DNA of 64,000 nt. Source: Setoptus koraiensis. Lineage: Eukaryota; Animalia; Arthropoda. The DNA lies in contig CM106586.1 in NCBI GenBank assembly GCA_048013815.1, forward strand, positions 372,001 to 436,000, given 5' to 3'. Shown here piece after piece: positions 57,449 to 64,000 of the stretch. A program made the translations under genes and the position numbers. Within the stretch, counting starts at the first letter, position 1, and each line of letters opens with the position of its first letter. The notes under the pieces were generated by a model that saw only the letters and a list, made by a program, of their open reading frames with translations, ran no database searches and was not told the origin of the DNA.

Positions 57449-59305
57449 ATGGTTCCTGAAAGGAGGCGAAACGCCAAGGGCAGATATATGAAGACCTCAA
57501 CCAGAGGCCCTAATCAGCCATTGGTGAATAATAGGGAAACATCCCGAAAAAGGCAGAACGAAATCAGCCCTAACACCACACAGGTATTAAACAATACCAA
57601 GAAACAGAAGAAAACCCCACTGTCTGATAATAACCTGTCAGCCAACACAGATCACAACTCTCTAGCCAATAGCCCAACTAATAGTGTTCTAGAAGTAACC
57701 ACTGATGAAGATACATCCATGAATGAAGAATATACCCAACGGGAACTTGATGAAGTTGCGAAAGAAATGGCAGAGTACGATCTCGCGCAAAAAGAAGAGC
57801 TCAGGGCAATGGAGAACGCTGCTGAGAGCATCAAAAAAGAAGCGATGAGCATCAAAATCACAACCGAGAACATTTCCAAGACGAACTGGGAGACTAGCAC
57901 AGCTGAAATTGATTTTCACACGCAAACAATCAGCTCAAATATTGAAATCCTACTTAGCTTCATGAGCAAACTAATTGAAGAGAATCGGGAAACATATAAG
58001 TACCTGTTGCTCTCCGAGAATAAGCAGGAGAAGCAGACCAATGATAGATCGGACATACACATGACTGATGATAGAGCAAACACATATCAGGAGGAACGTA
58101 ATCTGGAAATTAAGTTACTAAAACAGCTAACTGAAAAAATCAGCAGCATAGAGAACAGGCTGAATAACGGCGAAGGAACAAATTCTGGTATTGCTCGACA
58201 ACGCAAAGGTAGTGAGGTATCAAGGATGACCACAGTAACCAAACCTCCACAACTAAAAGATATTATGGCACAAGAGGCCATTAACTCAGGAGCTAGATCA
58301 AGATCAGGCACAATGACATGGGCGGACAAAGTGGCTAGTAACTTTGAGACAACTAGAACTATACAAAACACCCTCATACGCAAAGATGCGATTGGACTAG
58401 CAGCAAGGGCAAGAAAGAAACGAGGGCCAATCAAAAAATACTCACACAAGGTCAATATCAGACAGGCGGGTAGAAAAGAAGCCGAAACACTCTTTGGCCG
58501 TATCAGTGAGGATTCACATCTGAACACTCACTATTTCAACAAGATAGAGATCAGCATAAGAGACACTAAGAACGTGACAACTTTGATAATCAATGTAACA
58601 GGCCTAGAAGAAGCCAATAATATTAGAAATCATCTAGTTCAGAAGAAATACGCCAACATGGACAACATCAACATTGCCAAGATTGGCCTCACGCCCACAG
58701 CTGTGATATCTCCGATATTACTAACTGAAATAGAAAAAGAAAGTATCAAATATGAAGCAGACAAAGGCAAGTCTATATTGAATAAACTCTATAAGGCGAA
58801 TAAGTTTATCCAAGATAAATACAAGTCAGTGGATGACCTAGAAAAGAAAAAACATATTGAAGTAGTATCATACAACGCAATTGGGTCCAAACTTTATGTC
58901 AGAATGGAGCCGAACCTATTAATGCATATCCTCAACTACGAGGATAAGATGATAAGATACGGATTTAACAACTGTATGGTAGGTGAATCCCTAGAACCTC
59001 TCCAATGTTACTTCTGCCAAGAATTCGGCCATTTAGCCAAGGATTGCCATCGAAAAACAGAGGGCAATTTACCAATATGTGCCCACTGTAGTGGTGAGCA
59101 CCAACTGAACAATTGCGAACACAGAAAAGATGAAATGCAAGCCAAATGCCACAATTGCTGCAAGGTAGGCAAAGAAGAAACAAACCACAGAAGTAGCAGC
59201 AGAAACTGTCCGTTAATGAAGAAACAAATAATCAATCTGATAAATAAAGTCAATTATGGTGATTTACCCAGAAGCCTGCAAGATACACTAGATCGAGATG
59301 GATGA
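57449..59305 (+). CDS. Non-LTR ORF1 (gag-like nucleic-acid chaperone), 618 aa, intact
   Basis: CYFCQEFGHLAKDC, CAHCSGEHQLNNC, CHNC...NHRSSSRNC: the triple CCHC typical of R1/Jockey/I-clade ORF1. Confidence 0.88.
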   Translation: MVPERRRNAKGRYMKTSTRGPNQPLVNNRETSRKRQNEISPNTTQVLNNTKKQKKTPLSDNNLSANTDHNSLANSPTNSVLEVTTDEDTSMNEEYTQRELDEVAKEMAEYDLAQKEELRAMENAAESIKKEAMSIKITTENISKTNWETSTAEIDFHTQTISSNIEILLSFMSKLIEENRETYKYLLLSENKQEKQTNDRSDIHMTDDRANTYQEERNLEIKLLKQLTEKISSIENRLNNGEGTNSGIARQRKGSEVSRMTTVTKPPQLKDIMAQEAINSGARSRSGTMTWADKVASNFETTRTIQNTLIRKDAIGLAARARKKRGPIKKYSHKVNIRQAGRKEAETLFGRISEDSHLNTHYFNKIEISIRDTKNVTTLIINVTGLEEANNIRNHLVQKKYANMDNINIAKIGLTPTAVISPILLTEIEKESIKYEADKGKSILNKLYKANKFIQDKYKSVDDLEKKKHIEVVSYNAIGSKLYVRMEPNLLMHILNYEDKMIRYGFNNCMVGESLEPLQCYFCQEFGHLAKDCHRKTEGNLPICAHCSGEHQLNNCEHRKDEMQAKCHNCCKVGKEETNHRSSSRNCPLMKKQIINLINKVNYGDLPRSLQDTLDRDG

Positions 59306-59751
59306 CGGCAAAGAAACGAACATAGCTATGAACCTAACGCACGCTCTGGCGAAGCGTATTGCACTGATGAACACTGGCCCAAACCAACAGCAAAGAACCC
59401 AATCGATTAATAAGCGAAGCGAAAACATTGACGCTGCCCCACAGCGCCACCCAGTGTCGACCAACACACACGCTCCGGCGGAGCGCCAACTACAAATAAT
59501 CAGAAACGCACATGCTTTGAAACAGCGCCACCCAGTGGCAGCTAACAAACACGCTCCGGCGGAGCGCCAACTACAAATAACCAGAGAAACACATCATTCG
59601 CTGGAGCGCCACCCAGTGTCGATCGACTCACACGCTCCCGGGGAGCGCCAACTACAAATAATCAAAAACGCACATCTGCAACAGCGCCACCCAGTGTCGG
59701 CCAACGCACACGCTCCGGAGGAGCGCCAACTACAAATAATCAGAGAAATAC
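59298..59751 (+). pseudogene. ORF2 N-terminus with four 26-27 aa repeats, interrupted
   Basis: ATG overlaps the ORF1 stop (ATGGATGA); repeats start at 59441, 59522, 59603, 59681. Confidence 0.7.
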
Positions 59752-60049
59752 TGTTGAAATATCAAGTCATAACATTGTATCGTATGAATGACATAATCAT
59801 TCATACGAGACTATGTTATGAAATAGTCTCGTATAAATGACATAATCATTCATACGTAAATATTATCGATATTGTCATCACAGTCTCGTATGAATGCAAT
59901 TGATAAACAATCAATAAATTGCATTCATACGAGACCAGGTCGATCGTTTGGTATGAATACCACCAACAATTGTGTCATAAATAATAGTTTGAAATAAAGG
60001 ATTAAAACTACAAAGTTAAGTTTAGTTCAAATTCGAATTATTGTTCACA
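59752..60049 (+). repeat. C2 5' LTR (298 bp)
   Basis: TGTTG...TTCACA directly followed by the PBS. Confidence 0.8.
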
Positions 60050-60062
60050 TGGTGTCAGAAGT
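60050..60062 (+). promoter_or_regulatory. Primer-binding site of C2, probably tRNA-Leu(CAA)
   Basis: TGGTGTCAGAAGT. Confidence 0.75.
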
Positions 60063-60620
60063 TAGGTTTGGACATAATAGACAGTCGAAGACAATTTTCA
60101 GAAATTAAGCCAATTTAAGTGAAACAAATTCGATTTCAAAAGTTATTCAAGATCTATAGTATATTGTTAGTCAGCTTTGTACATCATTCACTCCGTTGTT
60201 TGTAGCGGATCCAAGATCAGCACCTTGGTGATCACGGGGGAAATATTCCAGCCCATCTAAGCTCTGCTTGCGGATACGAAGGTTAATCACCAATGTAGTA
60301 TAAACAACGAGACATTGATAAAGTTGAGAGCATATAATTATAGCGATTGATCTTTTGATAACGAATATTGTGATCTTAATTGATGAACACAGTAAATTTA
60401 GAGTAAATCAAGTTATATTAAGTAAATTAAGAAAATCACGTAATCTATATTATATTAACAAATCTGGTGGTAGAAACATATTGGCACTTTTGAATAAGGT
60501 TCGAATAAACACGTAAAACAGAAGAACAATTAGTTTTGTCTAAATAAGAATAATCACGCTTATTGATACAACATATTAGTGGAACAATTCAGTTTGGAAG
60601 AACTCTACGTACGTCAAAAT

Positions 60621-62942
60621 ATGGCTGAAAATTTGAATAAGTTAGAATATAAAATAGAGAAGCTCGAAGAATCGAATTACGTGATCTGGAAGTGGCAGAT
60701 GGTGAATGTACTGAAGGCAAAAAGTTTATACAAAGCAGTGACAGAAGATAATGTGGATGATGTTTCAAATCTACAGGCTATAGCCTTACTGGGATCGGCT
60801 TTAAACGAAGATAATATGAGTCTGGTGGTTGGTTGTGATAAAGCATATGATGCCTGGAAGCGATTGGAAATGGTCTTCGAGAACAAAACCACCTTTGAAA
60901 AACAATCGCTTCTAAGTAAGATGCATTCATTTAAAATAGAAAAATCAACAGATTTGGCTAAACCAATAATGGAGTTGCAGTCGATTGCGAGTAAATTGAA
61001 GCTTTTAGGAGAAACTGTGACGGATGATGCTCTTATTAGCATAATTATTAACGCGTTACCGCAATCATTTGATAATTTTACTATCGCATTCAAGCTTCTA
61101 TCATCCGATCAGAGGACACTGAATCACTTAATATCAAATGTGATCGCTCATTCACAATCAATGAATCATAATAATGAAAACGTTGCATTAGTAGCCAGCT
61201 ATTCGCAAAGTTCATTCAACAAACAACTGGGTGTTTGCCACTATTGCAAGAAACAAGGGCATCATATAAAAGATTGTCGAAAGTTGAAATTTAAAGAATC
61301 AGGTAGAAAACAGGAAGGGGAAGTTTCAAGAGAGTCAGCACCTCAGAATTTCGTATCATTCATGGCTATAGCATCGGTAATTAAATTGTCTATCAAGGAC
61401 TGGGTCGCTGATAGTGGTTGCACTACACATATGTCACCAAACTTGCATTGGTTTTCTACATACACCAAATTGGAAGATCATATACCTATTAGACTCGGTA
61501 ATGAAGAATATATGTATGCTATTGGTTTTGGTCAAATAAATACAGATGCAGGTATTATAAAGAAAGTATTACACGTACCTGGTTTAGTAACCAATCTGTT
61601 TTCAATCATATCAGCAACAAATTATAATATGAGAGCAGAATATACAAATGATGATGTCCGATTCATCCAGAATGATCGTGTCGTTCTCTCAGGAAATAAA
61701 CGTGATGGTGTTTACATATTAAATATAAATGTTATCATACCGACTAATATGAATTCAGCTCTAGTTGCTTCGACAATAGAAGAATGGCATGAAAAGTTTG
61801 GACACATATCCACTGATATTATTCAATATATGGCTAAAAATAAGATTGTTGATGACTTATCAATTTGTAACAAACAAATCTATAACTGTGCAGAGTGTGC
61901 TTTAGGGAAATGTAAGCACACTACACATCCTTCAAATAGAAAACACAGAGCGACTATGGCTGGTCAAATTCTACATATTGATACAGTAGGACCTATGAGA
62001 GAACTAAGTATTAACAAGAATAGCTATTTTCTTCTTTGCAAGGATGAATATTCGAATTTTAGAATGTGTGCATATTTATCAACGAAAGAAGATATCGCTA
62101 ATCAAGTTAAACTATTCATTTCAGAAAGTCAACTAGCCACAAAGAATAGAGTTCTACAAATATGTACTGATTCAGGAAGTGAGTTTGTTAATAGAAACCT
62201 GTCATTATACCTGAAATCTGTTGGAGTAATTCATACACAATCAACACCCTATGTACATCAACAAAATGGATTTATTGAACGTGATGTACGAACCATTGTT
62301 GAGAGTGCAAGAACAAATTTAATTAGATCAAATCTTTCGAGAAAATTATGGGACGAGGCCATTGCATGTAGCATTTACACTATGAATCGATCAATCAATA
62401 GTAAAAACAAAACAGCAACCCCATACGAATTATGGTTTGGATCAAAGCCATCAGTTTCAAATCTTCACATCTTTGGTGAGGAAGCAGTTGTTCTTGACCA
62501 AACTTATAAAACAAAATTTGAACCGCGTGGTCATAAAGTTCGTTTTGTCGGATATACACAGAAATCTAATACATTTAGATTCTTTGATCCGGAGAAGAAC
62601 AAAATAATTTGTAGCTGTGACTTCAAGTTCCTCAATACTTATCCAAACTGTTACAACAAAAATGAACACACACAGTCGGATCAATTATTAATCCATGATG
62701 ATATAGAGGTCACTCAAGAACATAATGATCTAGCAGATAATTCACAACTTGACGATGACGATTTTCATTCAATTGTTGATAAACCAACAATGGATGTAAT
62801 GGAAAATTCATCGGAAAATAATTCTAGTTCTGATCAAATAGGTGCATTGAAACCTACTTCAAGTCTTGGTAAACGTGTTACGTTTAATCTCTCTAAATTC
62901 GGTCTTATTAGAGGTAAACAAACAGAAAACAAGTTATACTGA
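60621..62942 (+). pseudogene. C2 gag-protease-integrase, truncated before RT
   Basis: CHYCKKQGHHIKDC, WVADSGCTTHM, WHEKFGH..CAEC, LHIDT, TDSGSEF, NGFIER; the stop lies inside the inserted HINE. Confidence 0.9.
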
Positions 62943-64000
62943 TTATACCAGTATAAGAGCGCTTAATTTTTCCAGTGAACAATCTTAGAGGTTTGGACAG
63001 TTTATTAAGAAGTGATAAGTGCTAGCTGTCACTAGAAAGTTTTTCAAGAATTTATCCTGGTGAGAACAGTTTCGAAAATTGAACATACTGTGGAAGAACA
63101 TGTGCCACAAAATGGCCTATATCGCCAATACTAGAAACAGAACAGTTTCGAAAATTGCACATAATGTATGGGCACATGTGATCAGAAATCACATGTATTG
63201 AATGAGCTAACATGATCCAGAATTGTCCATAGCGCCAATACTAGAAACAGAAAATTGATAAAACTTGCACAGATCGTGTATGGCACAGTGCTTGCTGTCT
63301 CTAGAAAGTTTCAAGAATTTATCCTGGTGAGAACAGTTTCGAAAATCGCACATAATGTATGGGCACATGTGCCACAATATGGCCTATAGCGCCAATACTA
63401 GAAACAGAAAATTGATAAGACTTGCACAGATCGTGTATGGCACAGTGCTTGCTGTCTCTAGAAAGTTTCAAGAATTTATCCTGGTGAGAACAGTTTCAAA
63501 AATCGCACATAATGTAATACTTGCACAAAATGTTGCGAGCAACATGCACAACACATACACAGAGTATCATCAAAACGGATAGGTGGGAACATGTTCAAAT
63601 ATCACGATATTCACATGTGATCTAGAAATCAGATGTATTGAATGAGTTAACATGATCCAGAATTGCCTATAGCGCCAATACTAGAAACAGAAAATCGATA
63701 AAACTTGCACAGATCGTGTATAGCATCGATCCACCTCTTCACAATACATTAACCTCTGCATGAGCCCGGGACTTAAAATTCAATTCACCTCCCTGAAATG
63801 TGTGTTTGGGAGGTGGACGAACCTTCGAGTCTCAAACTTGTATGTAGGTTGTTGCATGCTCAGGAGGTGAACTTATTGTTTAAGCTCAAGCTAGTCCACC
63901 TCCCAAGCATGAGTCGCCCCACGCTATTTTGAGTAGCTAAACCTATCTCGTTATAGCTTCGGTCCACCTCCTAACTAGACATGAGCCCGAGACTCAAGAT
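62930..64000 (-). mobile_element. HINE, 157-bp-repeat family, inverted, runs off the window
   Basis: Reverse complement of 23860-24289 and of about 41015-41430; on the minus strand ends ACTTG followed by T. Confidence 0.75.

Larger units (their letters stand above)
57022..59751 (+). mobile_element. R1-clade-like non-LTR retrotransposon, copy 2 (5' end, ORF1, start of ORF2)
   Basis: ORF1 with three knuckles, overlapping ORF2 start with the same HAPxER peptide repeats as copy 1; cut by a copia LTR. Confidence 0.75.
59752..62929 (+). mobile_element. Ty1/copia C2, related to C1, 3'-truncated
   Basis: LTR, PBS, gag-PR-IN ORF with clear similarity to C1; cut by a HINE 3' end at 62930. Confidence 0.9.

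Noticed and set aside
361-62684. Numerous 60-160 aa antisense or alternate-frame ORFs overlapping gag, pol and env
   Set aside because: Shadow ORFs of codon-biased retroelement genes; no independent motifs.

Overview
Eukaryotic (probably animal, arthropod-like; inference) heterochromatin made almost entirely of nested transposons and repeats, with two 500-N scaffold gaps (19160-19659, 46806-47305). No intact host gene, rRNA, tRNA or CRISPR array is supported. Contents: a decayed Ty3/gypsy family (three partial copies) whose pol runs in-frame into an envelope-like protein; an intact 1907-codon Ty1/copia ORF that also runs in-frame into a homologous envelope-like protein; a second, truncated copia; a second gypsy family; two partial R1-clade non-LTR elements that abut (CCAA)n repeats; Merlin-type TIR elements; a Harbinger-like foldback; Helentron-like (HINE/DINE-1-type) elements, one carrying a 157-bp satellite; and head-to-head (TTGG)n and (CCAA)n arrays of about 3.7 and 9.7 kb that look like two telomeres joined at a gap. 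The two strongest leads are (1) a class-I-fusion-like env family shared by a copia and a gypsy lineage as a pol-env polyprotein, and (2) a candidate 4-nt TTGG telomere with its own TRAS-like retrotransposon. All family assignments come from motifs read by eye; no database searches were run.
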